DNA from: Leptospiraceae bacterium UBA2033
GTDB lineage: Bacteria > Spirochaetota > Leptospiria > Leptospirales > Leptospiraceae
Direction of reading: 5' to 3'
DNA length: 64,000 nucleotides
Assembly (NCBI GenBank): GCA_002333425.1
Contig: DDBL01000133.1
Span: 5,740 to 69,739 of the forward strand
Shown here: one piece after another, positions 18,068-27,197 of the stretch
Numbering within the stretch: the first letter of the stretch is position 1
Layout: every line of letters begins with the position of its first letter
Position numbers and translations under genes: made by a program
Notes under the pieces: generated by a model
Told to the model about the DNA's origin: nothing
The model's input: the letters and a program-made list of their open reading frames with translations, nothing else
The model's database searches: none

Positions 18068-19474
18068 ATGAACAGAGAAAAACTTTTTGGACTAAACCCA
18101 AATTACTTCACAGTAGGTTATGCACATCTAATTAAAACAGCAATTTTTTTGCGTTATGGGATTAATCCAGATCAAAAGATTTCTCTTTCGACAAAACCAT
18201 CTCCCATTTTTAAAGACTTAGAAATTTTTCAAAAAGGTGTAGGAACTCAAGTAAAAGACGATGGAGTTCTAGTTGGAACTATTCGTATGGGATATGGTCA
18301 TCATCGAATGGCATATGCACTTTATTCTTGGGTTCTCGCAAAAAAGTTAAAACCATATTTGCATGATTTGCTTGGAATTGAGTCAAACGAAGCTGTTGCG
18401 ATTAAAGAAATCGATGGGCTTTACAGTCAAATGAGTCGAGTTTCTTCTGAGTGGGGCGGACCGATTGAATGGGCTTGGGGTCAGCTCACTGCACAAGGAA
18501 ATATTGGTTCGTTGTATCTATCAAGTTTACTTGCGGAAAGTTATGCGAATATGATGTCTGATCTTTCTCGTGAGTTACCGTATATTTCTACTTATCCGCT
18601 CAATGGACAAATTGCAGTAGAGGCTGGTTTTAAAAATGTTGTTCATTTGATTTGTGATAATTTTCCACAATATTACTTACTTGTTCCTGGTGCTTTGAAT
18701 TTAGTTCAGAGTCCAGCTTCCTATCATAAGTTTATTGATATGGGAGTTCCAAAAGAGAATTTGCATATTGCTGGACATTGGGTGTCCGAGCCTCTGGTGA
18801 CTAACGTTATGGTTGATTCAATTGCACGTATTGAGAGAATTCAAAAACAAAAACCTAAACGCCTTTTACTTCCGATCGGCGGAGCAGGTGCACAGAAAAA
18901 TTATACGATTAGTTTTATTGATAATATCAAAAATAAACTAAAGAATGGAGAGTTACATTTATTTATCAATACGGGTGATCATCTTGGTATGTTTGAGATT
19001 CTAAAGACTGAAATTGAAAGAATGGGTTTGAATTATCATATAGTAAGTAATTGGGATAGTCTTTTGGAATTTTGTAAAACTCATAGTTTTGATTCGGTGG
19101 ATGAGTCAAAACTGAAACCAGTTACTTTATTTTCTTATCAAAATTATTACGAAGCGTTTACTACGACTGATTATTTGATTCGTGTATCGGATATTTTGGT
19201 TACCAAACCATCCGAGTTGGCGTTTTATCCAATTCCTAAGTTATTTATTCGTAGAGTGGGAGATCATGAAGCTGCTTCTGCTTTTCGTTCGATGGAAATT
19301 GGAGAAGGAACAACCGAATGTAGAGAGCCAGAGCACGCATTTGAAATGGTAAAACTTCTAACCGAACAAAATCAAATTTTACAACGTATGAATGAATGCG
19401 TTATTCGCAATGCTAAGTATGGAATCTACGATGGCGCAAAAAATGCAGTTGAAATTGCGATGAAGACAACTTAA
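18068..19474 (+). CDS. Hypothetical protein, possibly GT-B glycosyltransferase (MGDG-synthase-like)
   Basis: The G-rich N-terminal motif GTIRMGYGHHRMAYAL and a later LLLPIGGAGAQ resemble the MurG/MGDG synthase layout. The resemblance is weak. Confidence 0.35.
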   Translation: MNREKLFGLNPNYFTVGYAHLIKTAIFLRYGINPDQKISLSTKPSPIFKDLEIFQKGVGTQVKDDGVLVGTIRMGYGHHRMAYALYSWVLAKKLKPYLHDLLGIESNEAVAIKEIDGLYSQMSRVSSEWGGPIEWAWGQLTAQGNIGSLYLSSLLAESYANMMSDLSRELPYISTYPLNGQIAVEAGFKNVVHLICDNFPQYYLLVPGALNLVQSPASYHKFIDMGVPKENLHIAGHWVSEPLVTNVMVDSIARIERIQKQKPKRLLLPIGGAGAQKNYTISFIDNIKNKLKNGELHLFINTGDHLGMFEILKTEIERMGLNYHIVSNWDSLLEFCKTHSFDSVDESKLKPVTLFSYQNYYEAFTTTDYLIRVSDILVTKPSELAFYPIPKLFIRRVGDHEAASAFRSMEIGEGTTECREPEHAFEMVKLLTEQNQILQRMNECVIRNAKYGIYDGAKNAVEIAMKTT

Positions 19475-19534
19475 AGATTACCACCGATGAACACCGATAA
19501 AAGATTGGATATTTTCAAGATTGTCGGTGTTCAT
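19474..19534. repeat. ATTACCAC + CACCGAT-word element plus 11-bp-stem hairpin
   Basis: The element is AAGATTACCACCGATGAACACCGATAA. The hairpin arms are ATGAACACCGA (19487-19497) and TCGGTGTTCAT (19524-19534). It lies between convergent stops. Related copies are at 49643-49678 and 54401-54437. Confidence 0.65.
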
Positions 19535-20832
19535 ATCCTTGTTGCTTCGTAAATTAATTTTATTTCTCTGACGGCAAATCTAAAGTATCCGAAGAAATGA
19601 TCTTCGATTTGATCCTTTTTGGATTTACGATTTCCGAAAATGTAAAGGTTGTCCTTGGCGCGGCTAAGGGCAACATACAAAATTCTTCGTTCTTCTTCTA
19701 TAGTTTCCTTACTTTCATTTAGTTTTAGATTCCAACCAGAATGTAAATCCACATAAACGCTACCAAACTCTAATCCTTTCGAAGCATGGATAGTCATGAT
19801 ATGTGTTTCTGGGATTCCTAATTTTGTTAAGAATTGGATTCGTAGATTTGATCTGCATAGAACTATTATATCAGGATTAGTTATAATTTGATTTTGAATT
19901 GAGAAACAGAGTGATTCTAAAGTTTGTTCCTCTGACAAACAAATTCGAAAAACATTTGCATTCCCTTTTCGAAATGCGTGCACTTTTTTTTGAATGTTTT
20001 TTTTATTTTTCGATATAGGAAGTGCAGAAGTTTTAATTATTGCGGGTAACGAGCGGTAATTGGTAGTGAGGAAGTGAATAGAGCAGGGCGAAAAGAAGTC
20101 TTTGAATTTCAAAAATGGTTCTGTGCTAGCTCCTCTAAATCCGTAGATTGCCTGCCAGTCATCACCAACTACACAGAGTTTTTCGGGGTTTAACAATCTT
20201 AGCCACTCTAATTGTTCTAAGTCTGTATCTTGAAACTCATCTACTATCACTCGTTTGACTTCTTTACGAGCTTCTAAAGCCCACATTTTTTGAACTCTAA
20301 GTCCGTCTAGGTAGATTTCAACTAAATCATCGAAATCTAGTTTGCCATTTTCTTTTTTATACAGCGCATAATATTCATTTATCTGAGTAGCAAGATGTGG
20401 AAAGTATTTTTGTAGAAAATTTCCAGTGGAAGAGAGTAAAAATTCGTAAGGTATTCCGCCAATTTTGAATCGCTCTCGTTTAAAATACTCTTTGAAAATT
20501 TTTTCTTTTTCTGTTGGTTCAATGATTTTGACTTCTATTCCTTGAAAATCAGGATTGTATTTTTGTAAAATGTAGAGGCAATAGGCATGAAATGTTTGAA
20601 TTCGAATCTGCTGTGATTTCACTTTTTTTTCCAATCGTTCCTTGATTTCCGCCACTGCCTTTCTGGAAAAAGTAATCACTAGAATCTCGGATTGGTTTTC
20701 CTCTTTTTTTTGAATTATCTGTTCAAGGAGTGCTATCATTGTACTTGTTTTACCGGAACCCGCCGCCGCAATCACTTGTTTGAAATTCGTTTCGTCATTT
20801 AGAATTGACTGTTGTTCTTTGCTGTAATTCAT
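19531..20832 (-). CDS. UvrD/Rep-family DNA helicase, compact (433 aa)
   Basis: Start MNYSKEQQ at 20832 with RBS GAGGG. Motifs are AAAGSGKTS, VDEFQDTD, GDDWQAIYGFRGAS, TIHASKGLEF and LYVALSRAK. Confidence 0.85.
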   Translation of the reverse strand: MNYSKEQQSILNDETNFKQVIAAAGSGKTSTMIALLEQIIQKKEENQSEILVITFSRKAVAEIKERLEKKVKSQQIRIQTFHAYCLYILQKYNPDFQGIEVKIIEPTEKEKIFKEYFKRERFKIGGIPYEFLLSSTGNFLQKYFPHLATQINEYYALYKKENGKLDFDDLVEIYLDGLRVQKMWALEARKEVKRVIVDEFQDTDLEQLEWLRLLNPEKLCVVGDDWQAIYGFRGASTEPFLKFKDFFSPCSIHFLTTNYRSLPAIIKTSALPISKNKKNIQKKVHAFRKGNANVFRICLSEEQTLESLCFSIQNQIITNPDIIVLCRSNLRIQFLTKLGIPETHIMTIHASKGLEFGSVYVDLHSGWNLKLNESKETIEEERRILYVALSRAKDNLYIFGNRKSKKDQIEDHFFGYFRFAVREIKLIYEATRI

Positions 20833-21145
20833 CTTTACCCTCAAGTTTGTATTTGAAAGTAGGTGGTAGCTAGTCAGCTTCAATTCTTGATTGTAAAGTA
20901 TTGAGCTTTAGATTGTAATTTACTTTCAATTAGAATAGGTAAGAAAAAGTCGTGTGGGCGCATTTTTTTTAGAGGAAATTACGTATTTGAGCTGATTTTT
21001 TATTTTTTTTTTTCAAAAAAATCTCTAATTTGTCCTAGTTGTAAACTATACTTATTTTTGTAAGCAGGAAGAGAATTTGTGAAATTTCCTAGTAAATTAA
21101 TGGAAATTACATAAAAATCTTGACAAATACTTGTCGTATGTTAAG

Positions 21146-21158
21146 TATGCTATACAAA
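21146..21158. promoter_or_regulatory. Candidate LexA (SOS) box
   Basis: TATGCTATACAAA matches the Leptospira palindrome TTTG-N5-CAAA (recalled from the literature) at 12/13 positions. It overlaps the -10 of a consensus TTGACA promoter (21120-21125). Confidence 0.4.
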
Positions 21159-21226
21159 TATTAAGTTTAATTTTTAGTTGACATAATTACTGTTTATGTC
21201 GTCTAATAAATGAAACGGAGGAAACC

Positions 21227-21442
21227 ATGATAATTAGATCTTTGGAACATCCAGTTTACTATCGCAGGAAAAAAGGCGGTCTTTCAGGTGCTGAACTGAA
21301 ACCAAAGCCAGTTCAAGATAGATACAGCAAAACCTTTGAGGAATACCTTGCTGAGGCTTTTCAAGGTGAAGTTGTTCAGAATGGTGCTTGGTTCTCCAAT
21401 CAACTTTCTGATCTCACTAAACGCAACTTGAGAAGAATCTGA
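21227..21442 (+). CDS. Hypothetical small protein (71 aa)
   Basis: Strong RBS GGAGGA 5 nt upstream. A TTGACA promoter lies at 21178-21183. Its stop overlaps a possible CTG start of radC. Confidence 0.5.
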   Translation: MIIRSLEHPVYYRRKKGGLSGAELKPKPVQDRYSKTFEEYLAEAFQGEVVQNGAWFSNQLSDLTKRNLRRI

Positions 21443-21513
21443 GTCTCACTTTTTCTAAGGGACTCAATTCCAAGACCGATCCTCGCTCTATTGCTCTCAG
21501 AAGTCCTGAAAAG

Positions 21514-22125
21514 ATGCAGGACTGGGAGCTAATTGCAGTTTTGTTTGGGAGTGGAGGCAGGGGGCGTGATGTTGAGACTCTCTCTAAAGAGTTATTGGTT
21601 CAATTTTCAGGAATTTTGGGTTTGATCAATGCCCCAGCTTCTTTGCTAGAAAAGCAAAAAGGGATTGGAAAAGCCAAAATTGCGACATTATTCGCTTTGC
21701 GGGAGCTTTGTCATAGAGTTAAGCTCAAGAATTTGTTTCTTAACCCAGTTCTGAAATTAGAATCATTAATTGAACTTTTACATTTAAAACTAATCAAAGA
21801 AGTCCGCGAGTGTTTTTATCTGATTACATTGGACTCAGACAAAAGTTTGATTAATTTTGAATTACTTGCTCGTGGGAGTTTAGATGAAGTCGGGGTTCAC
21901 TCGAGGGAAATCGTTAAACAAATACTAGATGAAGCTGCTAAATATGTAATCATAGCACATAATCATCCGCGTCAGTCGTGTGAGCCAAGTAGTTCAGATT
22001 ATCTACTATTTTATCAACTTCAAAATTTACTTTCTCAATTAGATGTAATTCTTTTAGATCATTTAGTAATTGGGAAGGAAGGTGTTTTTTCTTGTTCAGA
22101 TAAAAAAATCCTTTTGAAATCTTAA
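21514..22125 (+). CDS. radC: RadC-like JAB/MPN domain protein
   Basis: Contains the JAMM motif HNHPRQSCEPSSSD and an HhH-like GIGKAKIATLFALREL. The homologous frame is open upstream to 21421, so the N-terminus may be longer. Confidence 0.8.
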   Translation: MQDWELIAVLFGSGGRGRDVETLSKELLVQFSGILGLINAPASLLEKQKGIGKAKIATLFALRELCHRVKLKNLFLNPVLKLESLIELLHLKLIKEVRECFYLITLDSDKSLINFELLARGSLDEVGVHSREIVKQILDEAAKYVIIAHNHPRQSCEPSSSDYLLFYQLQNLLSQLDVILLDHLVIGKEGVFSCSDKKILLKS

Positions 22126-22179
22126 AAAATCTTTCATTGATAAAGAGCCAAGTCTTTAAAATATAGTGTTAACGACGTT

Positions 22180-22947
22180 ATGGTATTAGCTTTTAAAAAC
22201 CTACAAATTCTTTGGATATTAGTAAAGAGAGATTATGCGCTTCAATTTGCTGGCAGTGTACTCGGGGTTTTTTGGATGCTTGTGCAGAGTTTGAGTTTAA
22301 TTTTTATCTATACATTTGTGTTTTTTATCTTAAATAAATCCACGAATATTCCTAATTCAAAATTAGATTATCCTAGTTATATTTTTGCAGGACTTTTATT
22401 TTGGATTCCTTTGCAAGAGATGTTGGTTCGTGGTGTTAGTATTTTAACTGATAATAGGCAATTAATCAAACGTTCCAGTTTAGGCGCGAATCTATTTTTA
22501 TGGATACCTTTTTTACAGATGTTACTTCATAGTTTTGTAATTTCAATTCCTGTATTTGTAGTTTTGTTTTGGAAGGGTAGCTTAAATTGGCATATTTTTT
22601 ATTTTTCCTACTTAGTAATTTTTTTCACAGGTTTATATTTGATGCTTATTTTAGAGTATCTTGCGCGTATAAACATTTTGTTAAAAGATATATCTCCTAT
22701 CATGCGGCTTCTGTCACAGATTTTATTTTGGACACTTCCTATTTTATATTTTCCATCTGGAGTTTTAGGTGAGGTTAATCTATATAATCCTTTTGTTATT
22801 CCTTTAGATATTTTTCGATGGATCGTATTAAAGGAATATTCGATTCAATTTTCTTTTTTTGTTTTTTTAGTTCCTCTTTCACTTTTTACTTTTATTTTTA
22901 TTTTGACTCGCTTCAAATTAGATGAAGTGGTATTGGATCATCTGTGA
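22180..22947 (+). CDS. ABC-2 type transporter permease (Wzm/TagG-like)
   Basis: 255 aa with 6 TM segments. There is a GTGA overlap with the downstream ATPase. Confidence 0.75.
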   Translation: MVLAFKNLQILWILVKRDYALQFAGSVLGVFWMLVQSLSLIFIYTFVFFILNKSTNIPNSKLDYPSYIFAGLLFWIPLQEMLVRGVSILTDNRQLIKRSSLGANLFLWIPFLQMLLHSFVISIPVFVVLFWKGSLNWHIFYFSYLVIFFTGLYLMLILEYLARINILLKDISPIMRLLSQILFWTLPILYFPSGVLGEVNLYNPFVIPLDIFRWIVLKEYSIQFSFFVFLVPLSLFTFIFILTRFKLDEVVLDHL

Positions 22948-24134
22948 TTCGACTTCAAAATCTTACTAAAAAATATGTCGGGTTTAAATCTCCTTTTGAG
23001 AGAATTTTAACTGCCATAAGTTTCGGGCTAATACCCGGTAGCCGTTCTTTTACTGCGTTGAATGGAATTAATCTCATTGTAAATCCAGGTGAAATTCTAG
23101 GTATCATTGGAAGAAATGGGGCAGGTAAATCAACTCTCTTAAAAGTTTTATCCGGAGTTTCTAAATTTCAATCAGGAGTTCTAGAAAGAAAAGGTTCTAT
23201 ACGCTCTATTTTGGAATTAGGGGTAGGGTTTAACTCAGAGTTATCAGGTTATGAAAATGTGTATTACAATGGTTTAGTTTGGGGTTATTCGGTTACCGAA
23301 ATTGAGGATTTAACAAATTCTATATTTGAGTTTTCGGGTTTAAATGATTTTCGAGGAGTTCCTCTGAAAAATTATTCAACCGGCATGATGATGCGTCTTG
23401 GTTTTGCCCTAGCTACCGCAAATCGTCCCGATATACTTTTAGTTGATGAGGCACTTGCTGTGGGAGATGCAAGTTTTCAGCAAAAGTCACTTTCTCGTTT
23501 TCAGAAATTTAAAGAAGAAGGTTCCGCAATCGTAATTGTGAGTCATGATTTGAATCTTTTACAAATGATTTCGGATAGAATGATCGTAATGGAAAAAGGT
23601 AAAATCGAATATGACGGATTACCTGCGTTAGCTCTTAAAAAATACATTCAGATTTTAGCAGAAAATTCTTTTTTAGAATCTTCTCATGATAAGAATATTG
23701 ATTCGGAGTTTATTGATTTTTATGCAGTTAGTTTGTCCAGTTTTGGTATTGCAAAAGCGATTTTTGGAATAGGGGAAGTAGTTACTCTTCATTTTTCGAT
23801 TAAGTTTAAAGCGGCTATTCCTGATTTGACTATTGGATTTCATATTGATGATGCAAAAGGTTTAAGAGTCTTTGGCACAAATTCGCATCATCTAAAAAAA
23901 GCGATTAAAGATTTAAAAGCTGGGTCGACTATTAGTTTTAAATTTAATTTCCCCTTAAATATTTCACATGGAAAGTATAATCTTGGTTTTGCGCTACACG
24001 AAGGGGATAACCATACTACGAATTGTTATCTCTGGAAAGATGATATTCTTGATTTTGAAGTAGAAAGATTAGGTGTTCCTAAGTTTGATGGACCTAGTTT
24101 TTTGCCTGTCGATTGTGAGTGGGAGATTGAGTAG
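22944..24134 (+). CDS. ABC transporter ATP-binding protein (Wzt/TagH-like) with C-terminal extension
   Basis: Has Walker A GRNGAGKST, signature YSTGMMMRL and Walker B ILLVDEAL. An additional C-terminal domain of about 150 aa is present. Confidence 0.85.
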   Translation: MIRLQNLTKKYVGFKSPFERILTAISFGLIPGSRSFTALNGINLIVNPGEILGIIGRNGAGKSTLLKVLSGVSKFQSGVLERKGSIRSILELGVGFNSELSGYENVYYNGLVWGYSVTEIEDLTNSIFEFSGLNDFRGVPLKNYSTGMMMRLGFALATANRPDILLVDEALAVGDASFQQKSLSRFQKFKEEGSAIVIVSHDLNLLQMISDRMIVMEKGKIEYDGLPALALKKYIQILAENSFLESSHDKNIDSEFIDFYAVSLSSFGIAKAIFGIGEVVTLHFSIKFKAAIPDLTIGFHIDDAKGLRVFGTNSHHLKKAIKDLKAGSTISFKFNFPLNISHGKYNLGFALHEGDNHTTNCYLWKDDILDFEVERLGVPKFDGPSFLPVDCEWEIE

Positions 24135-24145
24135 TAAAGAAACAG

Positions 24146-24188
24146 CATTATCGTAAGGACTTGATTAATCAAGTTCCTTACGATAATG
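24146..24188. terminator. Hairpin between convergent genes (possible bidirectional terminator)
   Basis: CATTATCGTAAGGAcTTGATtaatCAAGTtCCTTACGATAATG is a near-perfect long stem. No clear U-tract follows. Confidence 0.5.
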
Positions 24189-24199
24189 AGCGAAGATGG

Positions 24200-26956
24200 T
24201 TATATTGTGTAGCGGCTAATTTCGAGAACTTTGAAGTTCATATGACTTCCTTCAAAGTCAACAGACGCAGTATCACCGATTTTTTTGCCTAGAAGTGCTT
24301 TGCCCATTGGAGATTGGTAACTGATGATGTTTTTCTCTGTATCAGCATCCCAAGCACCTAAGATGGAGTAGGTATCTTCTTCTCCGTTATTTTCGTTTTT
24401 CAGTTTTACTGTACAGCCAATGTTGATCTTGTCTGTTTTGACATCAGTAATATCTAGAATACGAGCACTTTTGAGTTCAGTTTCCAGCTTTTTGATTTGG
24501 GCTTGTAGTTGAACTTGTTTTTCCATCGCTGCTTTGTATTCTGCGTTCTCTCGTAAGTCACCTTTTTCTTGCGCTTCCCCAATGTCTCTTGAGTTTTCAG
24601 CCATCTCAACGTTTACAAGGTGTTCAAACTCTTCTTTCTTTGCATTAAATCCCATTCTAGTAACAAGGATTACGTTGCTAGGAATAGAATACGTGTCATC
24701 CACTGAATCATCGTCTGAATTTGTATAATTGTCATCCCAAGAGAATCCTGGTTTAAGCGTATTGATTAGGTTTAGAAGTTTGTCTTTTTCACCATCTGTC
24801 ACGTAAGGAACTTCTTTAAACAGTGCATAGATTTTTCGGATAAAGTCTGCATCACTAGATTTTATAACTTCAGAAACAACTTCATTTTCGTTTCCAAATA
24901 AAATATCCATTGCTGCATTTTTGAGTTTGGTTCCTTTTTCTTCAATCTTGGCGAGAGGTTTGAGTAATCGGAAAGTTCTAAGAACTAAGTCTTGTCTCGA
25001 AACGTTTAACCAAGAGTAATCCCATGAACCGGCTAATATAGATTTTGCGACCCATAAAAATACTTCAGGATTTTCCTTTGATTTATTGATAGTTGTTTCA
25101 ATAAATAAATTTAACTCTGAGTGTTTTCCCTCTGAAACCAAAACAGTGAATGCATACTTATTGATTTTGACTGGAACTTCAAAAAGAATTCCCATAAGAA
25201 CATTGATATAATCTGAATGGTATTTTCTTATTAAATTTACATAATTTTTCTTAACGTCCACATTTGTAAGTTGTTTTGAAAAATTCAGAAGTTCTTCTTT
25301 AGATAATCCTTGAATAAGTTTTTGAATATCGTCTGGTTTTTGATGTCTTGGTAAATCATCAGATGGAATGATATTCGATGCAATTTCCAAATAAAGATAC
25401 GCGACCAATTTGCGGAAAACATCTTTAGCCTCTTCTTCTTCATAATAGAAGTGATTGAAAGACTCTACTGCTCCATCTGCTTCTTCGTAGACCTCCAAAG
25501 CTTCTAAAGCAATGTCTAATTTTTTATTAATATCAGTTACAGCTCCGAATTTATCAGAAAGTTCTTCTGTTAAAGAAATTGGCTTTTGGCGATAAATGAT
25601 CTCATCTTTTTTCTTTGGATTAAATCCAATACGTGGATCTTTTTTGAGGAGGATTTTAGCTTTATTCCACCACTTTGACCAATCATCTGATTTACTGAGA
25701 AATTTAGTTGTGATCTCGCCTTTGATGTCTCCCAGGGTCATAATATTTTCATGAGAAGTTAATAGCTCAACAAAGAAAGTAGGAATATCATTTGCAAATA
25801 GATCAACTATTTGTTGTTTGTTTTCGTATAGTTTTACCCAAATATGATCTTGTTTGAGTGGCTTTAAACTAGTAATTGCCATTTGAATAGAAAGTTTATG
25901 TTCTTTTTTGTCTAAAAAATCTACTACAATGGAATCACTTGAGCTACTAATTGATTTGATTTGACCAACACCCCAATTGCGATGCATTACGTAATTGTTT
26001 GTATCGAATACAATATTTCTCTCAAAATTTGTAATACATGCTTTGATAGATTTTTTACTATTTCCTAACTCGGACATTTTTAAAAATTCTTCAAGAAGGG
26101 AATGGTTGGCATATTTCGATTTATAAGATCTAATTAAGTCATTTCTTGCTTTTTGTGAAAGTGGCTCATGGTCTAGAATTTTTTTGAGAAGCAATATAGT
26201 TTTATCATAATCCTCTAATTGTTTGTAAGTTTCCATTAAAGGATAAAACAGAATTACAATTCTAGATTTTTCACGAGCAGATAGCAGGATTCTTTCGATT
26301 TTCTCGAAGAAAGGCAAATCTTCAAAATTGTGCTGAATTAGAATTGACCAAATTTCTTCCAGTTGTCCGTATTCTTTTGATCTTGCAAATGATTCTGCAG
26401 CTTGTTTGAGGAAAATAATCGCCTTATCTCTATCTTCATCTAAGATAGACAGAGCATATTTTTTAGCGATTTCAGGATTTTTTCGGTCATGTTTTGCTAG
26501 TTTTTCTAATACAAGTTTGAGTTCTTTGTTTTTGTTGAGTTTTTCAAGAGCTTCAGCTTTAAATTTTAAAGCAAGTCTTTGTTCTCCAAATTGTAGAATA
26601 TGATCAGTTATATATTCAATGATAGTCCATTTTCCATGAATTCTGAATTGTTCCAGAAGAGACTTTAGATGGTTTGAGTCTTCAATCTTGTTTTGAATTA
26701 AAGAGATAAAGCCAGTTAAATACCTAGCTGAAATACTTTCTGGATGATCCTTTAGATGGTCCTCTACTTTTTGGTTGGCTTCATCTAGCTTGTTTATTGA
26801 CTTATAGTGATTAATTAAGTCGTCAAGGATTTTGAATTTTGTAACCGGTACAGAAGATGCATCTACGCGAACATAGATTTCTTCGTTAAAAAGATTTGTG
26901 AGCTTATCTAGATCACTGCTTGATTTTTCGTTCGTAATGACTGTTTCTTGGGACAT
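24200..26956 (-). CDS. greA: Transcription elongation factor GreA with large N-terminal extension (spirochaete type)
   Basis: The C-terminal ~150 aa form a canonical GreA (GDLRENAEYKAAMEKQ...; ISYQSPMGKALLGKKIGD). A unique region of about 760 aa precedes it. Confidence 0.85.
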   Translation of the reverse strand: MSQETVITNEKSSSDLDKLTNLFNEEIYVRVDASSVPVTKFKILDDLINHYKSINKLDEANQKVEDHLKDHPESISARYLTGFISLIQNKIEDSNHLKSLLEQFRIHGKWTIIEYITDHILQFGEQRLALKFKAEALEKLNKNKELKLVLEKLAKHDRKNPEIAKKYALSILDEDRDKAIIFLKQAAESFARSKEYGQLEEIWSILIQHNFEDLPFFEKIERILLSAREKSRIVILFYPLMETYKQLEDYDKTILLLKKILDHEPLSQKARNDLIRSYKSKYANHSLLEEFLKMSELGNSKKSIKACITNFERNIVFDTNNYVMHRNWGVGQIKSISSSSDSIVVDFLDKKEHKLSIQMAITSLKPLKQDHIWVKLYENKQQIVDLFANDIPTFFVELLTSHENIMTLGDIKGEITTKFLSKSDDWSKWWNKAKILLKKDPRIGFNPKKKDEIIYRQKPISLTEELSDKFGAVTDINKKLDIALEALEVYEEADGAVESFNHFYYEEEEAKDVFRKLVAYLYLEIASNIIPSDDLPRHQKPDDIQKLIQGLSKEELLNFSKQLTNVDVKKNYVNLIRKYHSDYINVLMGILFEVPVKINKYAFTVLVSEGKHSELNLFIETTINKSKENPEVFLWVAKSILAGSWDYSWLNVSRQDLVLRTFRLLKPLAKIEEKGTKLKNAAMDILFGNENEVVSEVIKSSDADFIRKIYALFKEVPYVTDGEKDKLLNLINTLKPGFSWDDNYTNSDDDSVDDTYSIPSNVILVTRMGFNAKKEEFEHLVNVEMAENSRDIGEAQEKGDLRENAEYKAAMEKQVQLQAQIKKLETELKSARILDITDVKTDKINIGCTVKLKNENNGEEDTYSILGAWDADTEKNIISYQSPMGKALLGKKIGDTASVDFEGSHMNFKVLEISRYTI

Positions 26957-27140
26957 GAAACCACTCCAAAAGCAATTAAAGATTTATTTCTATTTGTTAT
27001 TTTAGTAAAAGAAGACGTTAAATTCTAATATTTTAGGGTTAGGAAATAAGTAAACTATAAAATATCGAATGAAATCTGGATTAGCATAAAAGGGATTGAA
27101 TTTTGCAATATTGTATTGAAAGTTTGAAATTCGAATAGGC

Positions 27141-27171
27141 AAAAAAAATCCCCACCAAAATAGGTGAGGAT
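27141..27171 (-). terminator. Rho-independent terminator of flaA1
   Basis: The minus-strand RNA folds as AUCCUCACC-uauuuu-GGUGGGGAU followed by U7. It lies 27 nt after the stop. Confidence 0.8.
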
Positions 27172-27197
27172 TTTCCAATCTGAGGAAGCTTTAAGCT

